Positions 49,245-59,015 are shown, counted from the stretch's first letter. The stretch is 64,000 nucleotides of DNA from Ruminococcus sp. (GCA_017534835.1 JAFXVT010000029.1:23564-87563), one strand, 5' to 3'. Program-made: numbers and translations. Notes: generated by a model from the sequence alone, not told the origin.

Positions 49245-49922
49245 ATGAGAAAACAACTGCTTGTAACAGCTGTTCTGCTATCTTCCGCATTCTTTTCCTG
49301 CGGTAAGAAAAATGATGATCCTGCCGCACACGTCAGGACTGAGAATTTTACTGTCTATACCTCGACCGCGATGCCGGAAACTGCTACTCAGACGATAACT
49401 GAGGCTTTCACGGCTCCCGAGGAAGAAAAGCGCTTCTCGTATTCACTCAACGGAACCAATGTCGAGCTCCGCATCAACGACAGGATAGTTAAAACTCTCG
49501 AATACTACTATGTTCCCGACGAGAAGTACATATCGGTCGCGGATTTTGATTTTGACGGATATAACGATATTTTTATCCCCTATGAGAATTCATATTCAGG
49601 ATATGGCTACTACTACTGCTACCTTCCCGAAAAGAATGACTTCGTGCTGAGCGATGAGCTTATGGAAGTGAATATGCTGATGAAGATAGGTGCGGACAAT
49701 ACTCTTGTCCTTGAAGCTCACGACGGCTATATCGACAGGTATATCATCTATAAATGGGAAGGCAACAAGCTTGTAAAGATCAAAAAAACTGAGACCTATA
49801 CCTCGGTGAATGACGGTAAGGTACACACCGATGTTTATAAATACGACTCAAAGGGCAACGAATACCTCGATGATACGATCATCAAAGAAGATACTACAGA
49901 GGATACTACTGCCGCTCAATAA
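49245..49922 (+). CDS. Lipoprotein, paralogue of the 46612-47577 C-terminal domain
   Basis: Lipobox LSSAFFSC. DFDFDGYNDIFIPYEN...YYYCY...FVL aligns with DIDLDGHPDLFIPQQ...YYHYD...FVL. Confidence 0.7.
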   Translation: MRKQLLVTAVLLSSAFFSCGKKNDDPAAHVRTENFTVYTSTAMPETATQTITEAFTAPEEEKRFSYSLNGTNVELRINDRIVKTLEYYYVPDEKYISVADFDFDGYNDIFIPYENSYSGYGYYYCYLPEKNDFVLSDELMEVNMLMKIGADNTLVLEAHDGYIDRYIIYKWEGNKLVKIKKTETYTSVNDGKVHTDVYKYDSKGNEYLDDTIIKEDTTEDTTAAQ

Positions 49923-49931
49923 GGAGCATTT

Positions 49932-51188
49932 ATGTTTGAAAACAAAACTGATGAAAAGCCGGTAAAGGCTGTTCTTGCCTGCGTTGACACCGGTGAGTTC
50001 GACGCTTATACTTCTATAAATGAGCTCGAAGAGCTTGCCGAGACTGCCAATGCTGAGGTCGTGGGAAAGATATTGCAGCGAAAAGCCACCTACGACCCTG
50101 CGACCTGTATGGGTGCAGGGAGACTCGAAGAGCTGCGTGAACAGCTTGAAGCGCTTGAGGCTGAGCTCGTCATTTTCGACCATGAGCTGAGCGGTGTACA
50201 GGTGCGTAATATCGAAAATATCCTCGATGTGCGCGTTATCGACAGAACTACGCTCATCCTCGATATTTTCGCTCAGCGGGCACGCACAAAGGAAGGCAAG
50301 CTTCAGGTCGAGCTCGCGCAGCAGAAATACCGTCTACCGCGTCTTACCGGTATGGGGACATCGCTCTCCCGTCTCGGCGGCGGTATCGGTACAAGAGGTC
50401 CCGGCGAGACCAAGCTCGAGACCGATAAACGCCATATCCGCAAGCGTATATCCTACCTTGAAAACGAACTCGCAGAGCTGAAAAAGCACCGTTCTTTCTC
50501 ACGTTCAAGACGTAAAAAGGACGGCGTTCTTACTGCTGCTATCGTCGGATATACGAACGTCGGCAAGTCCACGCTGCTCAATGCGCTGACCGATGCAGGT
50601 GTTCTCGCAGAGGATAAGCTTTTCGCTACACTTGATGTAACTTCGCGTGCGATAGAGCTTCCGGACGGAAGAAGCGTACTGCTTACGGATACTGTAGGAC
50701 TTATCAGACGACTGCCGCACAATCTCGTGGAAGCCTTCAAATCAACGCTTGAAGAAGCGGCTTCGGCGGACATAATCCTCAATGTGCAGGACCTCTCCTC
50801 CCCCGAGCGTGAGGAACAGGCAGAGGTCACGATGAAGCTGCTGTCAGAGCTCGGCTGCGACGGTATCCCAAAGATAAACGTTATGAACAAGTCCGATGCT
50901 GCGCTTTATCCGGACACTGTCTTTGAGGACGATCATACAGTTATTATCTCCGCAAAGCATCACGGCGGATTTGACAGGCTGCTCGAATGTATCGCAAAAA
51001 ATTTGCCCGAGACTGCAAAGCGTATGAAGCTTCTCGTTCCGTACGACAAGACCTCTTTCCTGAACCGTGTCCGCGTGGACGGAAAGGTCTTTTCCGAAGA
51101 ATACCGCGAAAATGGTACTCTTATTGATGCACTTGTCGATGTTAAGCTTCAGAAAGAAGCTGAAAGCTATAAATTTACGGCTGAATGA
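49932..51188 (+). CDS. hflX: GTPase HflX
   Basis: HflX N-terminal domain (RTKEGKLQVELAQ, GPGETKLE) and G domain GYTNVGKST / DTVG / NKSD. Confidence 0.95.
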   Translation: MFENKTDEKPVKAVLACVDTGEFDAYTSINELEELAETANAEVVGKILQRKATYDPATCMGAGRLEELREQLEALEAELVIFDHELSGVQVRNIENILDVRVIDRTTLILDIFAQRARTKEGKLQVELAQQKYRLPRLTGMGTSLSRLGGGIGTRGPGETKLETDKRHIRKRISYLENELAELKKHRSFSRSRRKKDGVLTAAIVGYTNVGKSTLLNALTDAGVLAEDKLFATLDVTSRAIELPDGRSVLLTDTVGLIRRLPHNLVEAFKSTLEEAASADIILNVQDLSSPEREEQAEVTMKLLSELGCDGIPKINVMNKSDAALYPDTVFEDDHTVIISAKHHGGFDRLLECIAKNLPETAKRMKLLVPYDKTSFLNRVRVDGKVFSEEYRENGTLIDALVDVKLQKEAESYKFTAE

Positions 51189-51211
51189 TCCGTCATTCAG
51201 CCGTTTTTTCA
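51177..51211. terminator. Terminator shared by convergent hflX and the GH53 gene
   Basis: ACGGCTGAATGA / TCATTCAGCCGT 12-bp stem followed by TTTTTT. Confidence 0.8.
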
Positions 51212-53173
51212 TATTCTCGGGATTATTGTGTTACGCGGAGTTCCTTTGCTCGTTTTGCCGATCTTTTCGCTTCCGAGAAGGAAATGTCCGAGCTTCACAA
51301 GGTCTGCGATACCTGTCTCGCCGTCGTCATTCACGTCAGCTGCACTTGATGAAACTGTTCCTGTAACGCTCTTTCGCAGGAGTATCATATCGAATGAATC
51401 TACCCTGTCATCGCCGTTAAGGTCGCCGAACAGGACAAATTCCTCGACCGGTTCGAGGACCCACATCAAATTCTCGACAGCATTGCTCAGCTGGCGTCTG
51501 ACATTGCCTTTTTCGTCTATGACCGCTTCGTCAAGTTCGATAGCGTGATGCCCACTGCTCTCCTTTGTCGCGATGTACATACCTCGCTCAGTCGCAACAA
51601 AGATGAATCTCTGAGTATCACTGCCGTCGGAAGAGGAAATGCCGGTATTGTAGTCGTAGCCCTTCTCAGGGTCAAATTCGAGAAGCAGCGAACTATCCTC
51701 GCCAAGACCTGAATAAAGCTCATAGCTTCCGTCCCCGGCTGGCTTGACATACCACGTATTATAATCTGCTGCGCCGTCCGCCTTGTACTGTATGACGCTT
51801 GCTCCCGGACGCTCTTCTCCGTTGATAACTGAAAGATACTTTCCGCTGCCTGCATTGCGTATACGGTATCTTCCCTCTGCGACCTCTATCCCCTGCACCG
51901 GCTGCTGCTTCTCCTGCTGAGGATAAATGCGTGTGAAGACTTTTAGGGACTCAAGCGGCTTTCCGTAGCTGTCAAATAATCCCTGATTATCGTAGCTCGA
52001 ACCGCCTGACCGGTCTACGTCCTTGTCGTATTCCTTTGCGTAATCCGTCGCCCAGCCGGAGCCGTAAGTGTCCCACTGAGCCTTGCGCTGCTCCCACGAG
52101 ATCTTGTCCGGTGTACCGATCCATGCTGGCTCCCAGTAGAATACACCAAGTCCCCATCTGCCGGTATCAGCCATCGCCTGAAATACATCTGTCAGGCACT
52201 CAGCCTGACCCTCAACTGAAATATCGTATCTCAGGTCAACGTTCTGAGACTGCGATGTTACATCGTTTCCGAAGTCATCGCCGTCCTCGTTGGTATATGG
52301 GTACGCGGTCTCAGCGACCATTACGTATTTATGGTAGGTGTCGCCGATATATTTCATCACAGAGGTGAGATTTTCAAGAGAGCCGTGCCAGTATGGGTAA
52401 TATGAAGTCGCAAATACATCGTAATCAAGCTTGCACTCGCTCATCACCTTCGCGTACCATTTGTAGTTGTCTGCCTTGCCAGGATTTGCAAAATGGTGAA
52501 CAATAAGGATACTCCGGTCAAAATCACGTACAGCCTTGTTTCCGCTCGCAAAGAGATCACATATCTTGTACATATCCTTCTCGCCGCAGAAAAAGCAGTT
52601 CGTCTCGTTGCCGACCTGCACCATTCCGATGTCTCCGCCGTCATTTGTTATGGACTCAAGTACCCATGAAGTCCATTTGTATATCTCACCCTTCAGCTTT
52701 TCGTAGTCGTGCGGCTGCCAGTATTTAGGACGTGTCTGCTTTGCCGGATCTGCCCAGAAGTCGGAATACTGTATATCCACAAGCAGCTTCATACCGTACT
52801 GAGCTGCGCGTTTGCCTATCTCTCCGGCTACTTTTACATCGTTGTTTCCGCCGCCGTAGCTGTGACCATTTCCGTCATTCGGTTCGTTCCAGACACGAAC
52901 ACGGATATAGTTCACGCCGTTTTCCGAGAGAGTGCGGAAAATATCCTGTTCCTGACCGTACTCATTGTAAAACTTCACTCCGGCATTCTCAATCGAGATG
53001 ACCGAGGAGATGTCAACGCCGCGTATCGGCTCGCCGCCGTTGATATTAGTATCAAAATAGCTGAACGTAACGGACTGCTCTGCCGCCTTCGAGCTTACCT
53101 GAAAATTTGAATAAACAGGTGATAATGCGATCACTGCCGAAACTGCTGCTGATAAAAGCTTTTTCAGTCGCAT
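51209..53173 (-). CDS. Secreted GH53 arabinogalactan endo-beta-1,4-galactanase with a ricin-B-like module and C-terminal type-I dockerin
   Basis: Signal peptide. GH53 blocks RGVDISS, NYIRVRVWNEP and VQVGNETN. Ricin-like YRIRNAGSGKYL. Dockerin GDLNGDDRVDSFD...ADVNDDGETGIADL (51260-51427). Confidence 0.85.
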   Translation of the reverse strand: MRLKKLLSAAVSAVIALSPVYSNFQVSSKAAEQSVTFSYFDTNINGGEPIRGVDISSVISIENAGVKFYNEYGQEQDIFRTLSENGVNYIRVRVWNEPNDGNGHSYGGGNNDVKVAGEIGKRAAQYGMKLLVDIQYSDFWADPAKQTRPKYWQPHDYEKLKGEIYKWTSWVLESITNDGGDIGMVQVGNETNCFFCGEKDMYKICDLFASGNKAVRDFDRSILIVHHFANPGKADNYKWYAKVMSECKLDYDVFATSYYPYWHGSLENLTSVMKYIGDTYHKYVMVAETAYPYTNEDGDDFGNDVTSQSQNVDLRYDISVEGQAECLTDVFQAMADTGRWGLGVFYWEPAWIGTPDKISWEQRKAQWDTYGSGWATDYAKEYDKDVDRSGGSSYDNQGLFDSYGKPLESLKVFTRIYPQQEKQQPVQGIEVAEGRYRIRNAGSGKYLSVINGEERPGASVIQYKADGAADYNTWYVKPAGDGSYELYSGLGEDSSLLLEFDPEKGYDYNTGISSSDGSDTQRFIFVATERGMYIATKESSGHHAIELDEAVIDEKGNVRRQLSNAVENLMWVLEPVEEFVLFGDLNGDDRVDSFDMILLRKSVTGTVSSSAADVNDDGETGIADLVKLGHFLLGSEKIGKTSKGTPRNTIIPRI

Positions 53174-53201
53174 AGGAAAACTCCCTTCCGCTTTTTTGAT
53201 A

Positions 53202-53230
53202 ATTATACCAAAAAAATCAGTATATGTCAA
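53202..53230 (-). promoter_or_regulatory. Sigma-A-like promoter of the GH53 gene
   Basis: TTGACA, 17-nt spacer, TATAAT on the minus strand. Confidence 0.6.
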
Positions 53231-53254
53231 CTGCAAAAATGAATCGTCAGTGTA

Positions 53255-53301
53255 TAAAAAAGACGCTTCGTAAAAAGGCTGTGACCTTATCGAAGCGTCT
53301 T
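53255..53301 (-). terminator. Rho-independent terminator of asnA
   Basis: AAGACGCTTCG / CGAAGCGTCTT 11-bp stem followed by TTTTT on the minus strand. Confidence 0.8.
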
Positions 53302-53309
53302 TGTTCTTG

Positions 53310-54320
53310 TTAAAGAAGAGTTATTCCGTGTTCAGCGCATTTTGCGACCATATCATCTGTCCATATCGAGGACTGCACCTCTCCGATATGTGCCTTGTTC
53401 AGAAGAAGCATACAGAGTCTGGACTGTCCGATTCCTCCGCCGATAGTGAGCGGAAGTGTACCGTCTGCTATCATCTGATGATAACGGTACTGCATCCTGT
53501 CCTCAGCGCCGCACTCTGCGAGCTGTGCCTTGAGCGAATCAGCATCTACGCGGATACCCATTGACGATACCTCAAGAGAATCGTCAAGCACATCGTCCCA
53601 GATGAGTATATCTCCGTTGAGCGACCAGTCATCGTAGTCCGGAGCGCGTCCGTCGTGCTTCTCGCCGCTTGCAAGCTTGCCGCCTATCTGCATCAGGAAA
53701 ACCGTCTTGTGCTCCTGAGTGATAAGGCGCTCACGCTCGTGTCCTGTCTTGTCGGGATACCTGTCTTCAAGCTCCTGTGCTGTAATAAAATAGGGCTTGT
53801 CGCATATCTGTCCGGCTATCTGAGGATAACGGAGACTTACCTTGCGCTTTGTATAAGCGATAGCCTTGACTACCGATGTTACGGTATCTTTCAGGAACTG
53901 GATATTTCTGTCCTCGCGTGTGATGACCTTTTCCCAGTCCCACTGATCTACGAATATCGAATGCGTGTTGTCGGTGTTATCATCGCGGCGGATAGCGTTC
54001 ATATCGGTATAGATGCCTTCGCCTGCCTTATAACCGTAGCGGTAGAGAGCCATTCTCTTCCACTTCGCGAGTGACTGTACAACTTCGCCCTCGCCGTCGA
54101 TCTCTTTTATCGTGAAATCGACCTTGCGCTCAACGCCGTTAAGGTCGTCGTTGATACCGCTTCCCTTCTTGACGATAAGGGGAGCAGATACGCGGTCAAG
54201 AGTGAGTGCGAATGAGAGTGCCTGCTGGAAGATGTCCTTGATATACTTGATAGCGTGCTGAGTCTCTCTCAGTGTGAGAGCCGATTTGTAGCCCTCTGGG
54301 ATATACAGTGACCTTGACAT
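53310..54320 (-). CDS. asnA: Aspartate--ammonia ligase (asparagine synthetase A)
   Basis: AsnA-like blocks: VQSLAKWKR, IFVDQWDWEKV, GGGIGQSRLCM. Confidence 0.9.
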   Translation of the reverse strand: MSRSLYIPEGYKSALTLRETQHAIKYIKDIFQQALSFALTLDRVSAPLIVKKGSGINDDLNGVERKVDFTIKEIDGEGEVVQSLAKWKRMALYRYGYKAGEGIYTDMNAIRRDDNTDNTHSIFVDQWDWEKVITREDRNIQFLKDTVTSVVKAIAYTKRKVSLRYPQIAGQICDKPYFITAQELEDRYPDKTGHERERLITQEHKTVFLMQIGGKLASGEKHDGRAPDYDDWSLNGDILIWDDVLDDSLEVSSMGIRVDADSLKAQLAECGAEDRMQYRYHQMIADGTLPLTIGGGIGQSRLCMLLLNKAHIGEVQSSIWTDDMVAKCAEHGITLL

Positions 54321-54422
54321 TTTTCATCACTTTCCTTTTCTTGATTTGATTCAGAGAACGGCGCCATTGACGAACTCTGTTTTACAATAAAATGTGCAGC
54401 TCTGTTATTCTATACAGCTGAC

Positions 54423-55793
54423 TCATCTGATAGAGCCGACTGTTCTCGGGAACATTATTACGTCGCGGATATTAGCCATTCCCGTTGTGTACATAATAAG
54501 TCTCTCGAAGCCGAGTCCGAAGCCGCCGTGCGGTACTGTACCGTACTTGCGGAGATCGAGGTAATCAGAGTAGAGGTCGAGATTCATATTTCTCTCCTTC
54601 ATCGCAGCTATGAGCTTGTCATAATCAGCTTCACGCTCGCTTCCGCCGATTATCTCGCCGACACCGGGCACGAGCAGATCAACTGCTGCAACAGTCTTGC
54701 CATCGGGATTCTGCTTCATATAGAAGGACTTTATCTCCTTGGGATAGTCAGTAACGAATACAGCCTTCTTGAACACCTTCTCAGAGATGTATCTCTCGTG
54801 CTCTGTCTGAAGGTCGCAGCCCCATTCTACGGGATATATGAAATTCTCACCGGACTCCTGAAGGAGCTTGATAGCCTCAGTGTATGTGACTCTGCCGAAA
54901 TCATGTGAGATGAGCTCTTCAAGTCTTGCTTTGAGTCCCTTCTCGAAGTGTGCATCGAAGAATGCTACTTCATCAGGACAGGTATCAAGGAGCTCACGGA
55001 TAACGAATTTAATCATATCCTCTGCTATCTCAATAACATCATCGAGCTCAGCAAAAGCTATCTCGGGCTCGATATGCCAGAATTCAGCAAGGTGCTTGGG
55101 AGTGTTTGAGTTCTCGGCACGGAATGAAGGTCCGAAGGTATATATCTTGCCGAACGCTGTAGCACCCATTTCGCCCTCAAGCTGACCGGAAACTGAAAGT
55201 CCTGCCTTTCTGCCGAAGAAGTCGTTTGCGTAATACTCCTCCTCGGTCTTGAAATCGTGAGTGAAGCCGTTTGTAGTTACTGTGAACATTTCACCTGCGC
55301 CCTCGCAGTCGCTTCCGGTGATGAGCGGAGTGTTTACATAAACGTAGTTGTGGCTCTGGAAGTATTTATGCAGTGAAGCCGCAAGAACTGAACGAACACG
55401 CATAACAGCGTTGAATGTGTTCGTTCTGCCGCGGAGGTGAGGGATAGTACGCAGGAATTCGAGAGTGTGTCCCTTCTTCTGGAGGGGATAATCTGTCGGT
55501 GCATCACCGAGGATTGTGATATTTCCCGGAACTGTATTTATCTCGAATGTATTGTTTCTGCCCTCGACTACATTGCCGACTACCTTTACAGAAGTGCCGA
55601 CACGAGGCTCCTTGAAGTCTCCCTCGCCCTTCTCAACTACGACCTGTAAGTTCTTGAGGGAGGTACCGTCGTTGAGCTCAATGAAGGCTACGCTCTTGGA
55701 ATTGCGTGAGGTACGTACCCAGCCGCAGACAGTTACTTCCTTACCTGCGAACTCACCTGAGGTTATGATGTCTTTGATGTCTGTGTGTTTCAT
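54423..55793 (-). CDS. asnS: Asparagine--tRNA ligase
   Basis: Class IIb aaRS: OB fold VCGWVRTSRNSK, motif 2 FRAENSNTPKHLAEFWHIEPE, motif 3 GFGLGFERL. Confidence 0.95.
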   Translation of the reverse strand: MKHTDIKDIITSGEFAGKEVTVCGWVRTSRNSKSVAFIELNDGTSLKNLQVVVEKGEGDFKEPRVGTSVKVVGNVVEGRNNTFEINTVPGNITILGDAPTDYPLQKKGHTLEFLRTIPHLRGRTNTFNAVMRVRSVLAASLHKYFQSHNYVYVNTPLITGSDCEGAGEMFTVTTNGFTHDFKTEEEYYANDFFGRKAGLSVSGQLEGEMGATAFGKIYTFGPSFRAENSNTPKHLAEFWHIEPEIAFAELDDVIEIAEDMIKFVIRELLDTCPDEVAFFDAHFEKGLKARLEELISHDFGRVTYTEAIKLLQESGENFIYPVEWGCDLQTEHERYISEKVFKKAVFVTDYPKEIKSFYMKQNPDGKTVAAVDLLVPGVGEIIGGSEREADYDKLIAAMKERNMNLDLYSDYLDLRKYGTVPHGGFGLGFERLIMYTTGMANIRDVIMFPRTVGSIR

Positions 55794-55830
55794 AGATATT
55801 CGTTCCTTTCAAAGATTATTCAGACGAGAG

Positions 55831-56110
55831 AATAATAAAAGCTCCCGCCCTGAAACAGGACGGGAGCATAATACCCGTGGTGCCACCTGAATTTACCGCT
55901 TTTATCATAGAAGCAATAACTTCTCCGGTATACCGGACACAACAAAAGCAGTCACTCTTGTCCGCTGTAACGTGCGGAGAACGTCTCCCCTACTCGGCAA
56001 TGCCTTTGGGTTTGCTGCTCGGAAGTGTTATTCACATCGGCTCTGATACGCGGCTCACACCTTTTCCGCGCTCTCTGAGAACGAACTCCGAAGTTACTTC
56101 TCTTCGTCAT
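55831..56110 (-). promoter_or_regulatory. T-box riboswitch, Asn specifier (AAC)
   Basis: The minus-strand leader has AGAGAG, a specifier loop GAAUAACAC (AAC = plus-strand 56027-56029) and the T-box sequence AAUUCAGGUGGCACCACGGG (55874-55892). The terminator is GCTCCCGTCC/GGGCGGGAGC followed by TTTTATT (55831-55867). Confidence 0.85.
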
Positions 56111-56130
56111 AGCATTTTTACTATGCTTTG

Positions 56131-56159
56131 ATTTTATCACTAATGAAGCGGTTTGTCAA
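56131..56159 (-). promoter_or_regulatory. Sigma-A-like promoter of the T-box-asnS operon
   Basis: TTGACA, 17-nt spacer, TAAAAT on the minus strand. Confidence 0.6.
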
Positions 56160-56176
56160 GGGGTTTTTGAAAAAAA

Positions 56177-57205
56177 TTACAGTTGGTCAGCCAGATCAAG
56201 TACAAGCCGCTCGGTCTTTTCCCAGCCGAGGCAGGGGTCGGTTATCGACTTGCCGTATATATTCTCGCCTATTTTCTGGTTTCCGTCTTCGATATAGCTC
56301 TCTATCATCAGACCCTTTACAAGCTTTCTGATGTCCTCGCTGTGGCGCATACTGTGAAGTATCTCTTTCGCGATGCGTATCTGCTCGAGGTACTGCTTTC
56401 CGGAATTCGAGTGATTCGTATCCACGATGAGCGCCGGATTCTGGAGCCCTTTCTCAGCGTAGGTCTGAGCGAGACGATAGAGGTCTTCGTAGTGGTAATT
56501 CGGGAAGGACTGACCTCTGTCGTTGACGTAGCCGCGCAGGATAGCATGAGCGTAGGGATTTCCGTCGCTCTTTACGTCGCAGCCGCGGTAGATGAATGCG
56601 TGGCGGTGCTGAGCGGCGGTTATCGAATTCATCATTACCGAAATATCGCCGCCTGTCGGGTTCTTCATACCGACCGGGATAGAAACTCCGCTCGAAACGA
56701 GACGGTGCTGCTGGTTCTCGACGGAGCGAGCCCCGATAGCGATATATGCGAGCAGATCATCGAGATAGCTGTAGTTTTCGGGGTAGAGCATTTCGTCTGC
56801 GGCACTGAATCCTGTCTCAGCAAGCGCCCTCATATGGAGATTCCTCACTGCGATGATACCGCTTTTGAGGTCGGGATTTCCGCTCGGATTCGGCTGGTGA
56901 AGCATCCCTTTGTACCCGTCGCCTGTTGTACGCGGCTTGCCCGTATATATACGAGGGATCATAAAGATCTTATCCTTGACCTTTTCCTGCAATCCGCGCA
57001 GACGTGTGATATAGTCGAGCACAGGCTCTTCACTGTCTGCGGAGCAAGGTCCGATTATGAGCAGGAATTTATCAGAATCGCCGCGAAAAATAGCTTTTAC
57101 CTCTTCATCACGCGCGTTTTTCAGTTCAATAAGCTCGGGCGAGAGCGGATGCTCAGCCTTTATCTCAGTGGGATGCGGGAGCTCCCTGATTATATTCATT
57201 GACAT
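56177..57205 (-). CDS. 3-deoxy-7-phosphoheptulonate (DAHP) synthase, class I
   Basis: LLIIGPCSADSEE, RIYTGKPRTT, GMKNPTGG, DTNHSNSGK. Confidence 0.9.
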   Translation of the reverse strand: MSMNIIRELPHPTEIKAEHPLSPELIELKNARDEEVKAIFRGDSDKFLLIIGPCSADSEEPVLDYITRLRGLQEKVKDKIFMIPRIYTGKPRTTGDGYKGMLHQPNPSGNPDLKSGIIAVRNLHMRALAETGFSAADEMLYPENYSYLDDLLAYIAIGARSVENQQHRLVSSGVSIPVGMKNPTGGDISVMMNSITAAQHRHAFIYRGCDVKSDGNPYAHAILRGYVNDRGQSFPNYHYEDLYRLAQTYAEKGLQNPALIVDTNHSNSGKQYLEQIRIAKEILHSMRHSEDIRKLVKGLMIESYIEDGNQKIGENIYGKSITDPCLGWEKTERLVLDLADQL

Positions 57206-57229
57206 TTTATATCTTCCAATCTTTAAAAT

Positions 57230-58321
57230 TTACGGTGCGAGCCAGTCTGTGCCGAATCGCAGAGCGAGCTGGTCGCAGAGCACAAGAGCTGTGATGCTGT
57301 CGGCAACTACTCTTGCGCGGTGAACGATCGCAGGGTCGTGTCTGCCCTGTATCTGTAATGTAGTATTCTCACCGGTATTCATATCGACAGTCTGCTGCTC
57401 CTTGTATATCGACGGAGTAGGCTTTACAGCGCATCTGAATACTATCGGCATTCCGTCAGATATGCCTCCAAGTATGCCTCCGCAGTTATTAGTAGCAGTT
57501 ACTACTCTGCCGTTTTCTGAACGGAACGGGTCGTTCGACCGGCTGCCTCTCATATCAGCAAGACCGAAGCCTTCACCGAATTCAACTCCCTTTACCGCAG
57601 GGATACTGAACAGAGCGTGCGAGAGAACGCTTTCGAGCGTATCGAACCACGGCTCACCGACACCTGCCGGAAATCCGCATACAGCCGTTTCAAGGATTCC
57701 ACCGACACTGTCTCCGTCAGTCTTTGCAGCGAGTATAGCCCCGACCATTTTATCCTTGCAGCTCTCGTCAAGGACAGCAAATGGCAGTCCGGCGAGCTTG
57801 TCTATATCTTCACTTATGTTGCCGTAAAATCGGTCTCTTATTCCTCCGCAGGCAAGTATATGTGTTCCGATCTTTATGCCTTTGGCTTTCAGAGCTGAGA
57901 TAGCGACCGCTCCGGCAGCGACTATACCGGCTGTTATCCTGCCGGAAAAATGTCCGCCGCCGCGGAAATCCTGATAGCCGTGATACTTTGCCTGTGCGGT
58001 GAGATCAGCGTGTCCGGGACGCGCCTTGTATGCAAGCTCACCGTAATCGCGGCTTCTGGTGTCCTGATTCTCTATGATGAAGGTAATGGGAGTACCGGTC
58101 GTCCTGCCGTTGAACACGCCGCTGACTATACGTACAGCGTCCGCTTCCTTCCGGGCGGTAGATATCTCGCCCACCGACTTCCTCAGCGACATCTGTGAAG
58201 CGATGAACTCCTCATCTACAGGTATACCGGCGGCAAGTCCGTCAAGTATCCCACCTATCATAATTCCGTGGCTCTCGCCGAATATCGTGAGAGCTACACT
58301 TGAACCGAATGTGTTTTTCAA
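57230..58321 (-). CDS. aroC: Chorismate synthase
   Basis: FGESHG, RPGHADL and GGGHFSGR signatures. Confidence 0.95.
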   Translation of the reverse strand: MKNTFGSSVALTIFGESHGIMIGGILDGLAAGIPVDEEFIASQMSLRKSVGEISTARKEADAVRIVSGVFNGRTTGTPITFIIENQDTRSRDYGELAYKARPGHADLTAQAKYHGYQDFRGGGHFSGRITAGIVAAGAVAISALKAKGIKIGTHILACGGIRDRFYGNISEDIDKLAGLPFAVLDESCKDKMVGAILAAKTDGDSVGGILETAVCGFPAGVGEPWFDTLESVLSHALFSIPAVKGVEFGEGFGLADMRGSRSNDPFRSENGRVVTATNNCGGILGGISDGMPIVFRCAVKPTPSIYKEQQTVDMNTGENTTLQIQGRHDPAIVHRARVVADSITALVLCDQLALRFGTDWLAP

Positions 58322-58536
58322 TTATCTCAACTCCTGATATGAGATGTATAACGGAGATCCGTAACAATTTATTGTACCACATAAACGCTGAAATGTCAAG
58401 ATAAATCAATTGATAATAAGCGGTATAGATTTTATAAATAAGCAAATTTATTAAATTATACTTGAATTCATACAAAACCTATGTTATAATAGGTATAAGA
58501 CGTTTTATTGCCGATGACTTGCAAAGGAGAGTTTTT

Positions 58537-58974
58537 ATGAAAATTTCAACTAAGGGCAGATACGCTCTGCGAATGCTTATCGACCTCGCCTCACATCACG
58601 ATGAAGTGTTTGTCTCGCTAAAGGATATTGCCGAAAGACAGGACATTTCAAAAAAATATCTCGAGCAGATCGTCCCGATGCTCAACAAGGACGGTATACT
58701 CCGCACTAACCGCGGCAACCGCGGAGGCTATCAGCTTGCAAAGAAGCCTTCAGAAATATCTGTCGGAACTATACTTCGCTCGACAGAGGGCAATCTTGCT
58801 CCAGTTACCTGCCTTGAATTCGAGCCGAATGAGTGTCCGCGCAAGGAAGAATGTGCGACCCTCTATATCTGGGAGGGACTTTACAAGGTCGTAAATGAAT
58901 ATCTCGACGGTATCACTCTCCAGGACATAATCGACCGCTCGATCAATCTTAACGGCGGTGACTACTGCATATAA
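58537..58974 (+). CDS. Rrf2-family transcriptional regulator with a three-Cys cluster
   Basis: MKISTKGRYALRMLIDLA helix-turn-helix. C-x7-C-x5-C (TCLEFEPNECPRKEEC). AAGGAG upstream of the ATG at 58537. Promoter TTGAAT, 17-nt spacer, TATAAT upstream. Confidence 0.88.
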   Translation: MKISTKGRYALRMLIDLASHHDEVFVSLKDIAERQDISKKYLEQIVPMLNKDGILRTNRGNRGGYQLAKKPSEISVGTILRSTEGNLAPVTCLEFEPNECPRKEECATLYIWEGLYKVVNEYLDGITLQDIIDRSINLNGGDYCI

Positions 58975-58978
58975 TCCA

Positions 58979-59015
58979 AATGCCCGGCAGCGGTTAAGCT
59001 GCCGGGCATTTTTCT
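58979..59015. terminator. Terminator shared by the convergent Rrf2 gene and cysK
   Basis: AATGCCCGGCAGC / GCTGCCGGGCATT 13-bp stem followed by TTTTT. Confidence 0.85.

Noticed and set aside
55877-56140. Two ORFs (84 aa on the plus strand, 62 aa on the minus strand) upstream of asnS
   Set aside because: The interval is fully explained by the Asn T-box leader (specifier loop, T-box sequence, terminator).
56183-57202. 339-aa ORF on the plus strand
   Set aside because: It is antisense to the DAHP synthase gene (GPCS, KPRT, DTNHSNS motifs on the minus strand). Its translation is low-complexity and featureless.
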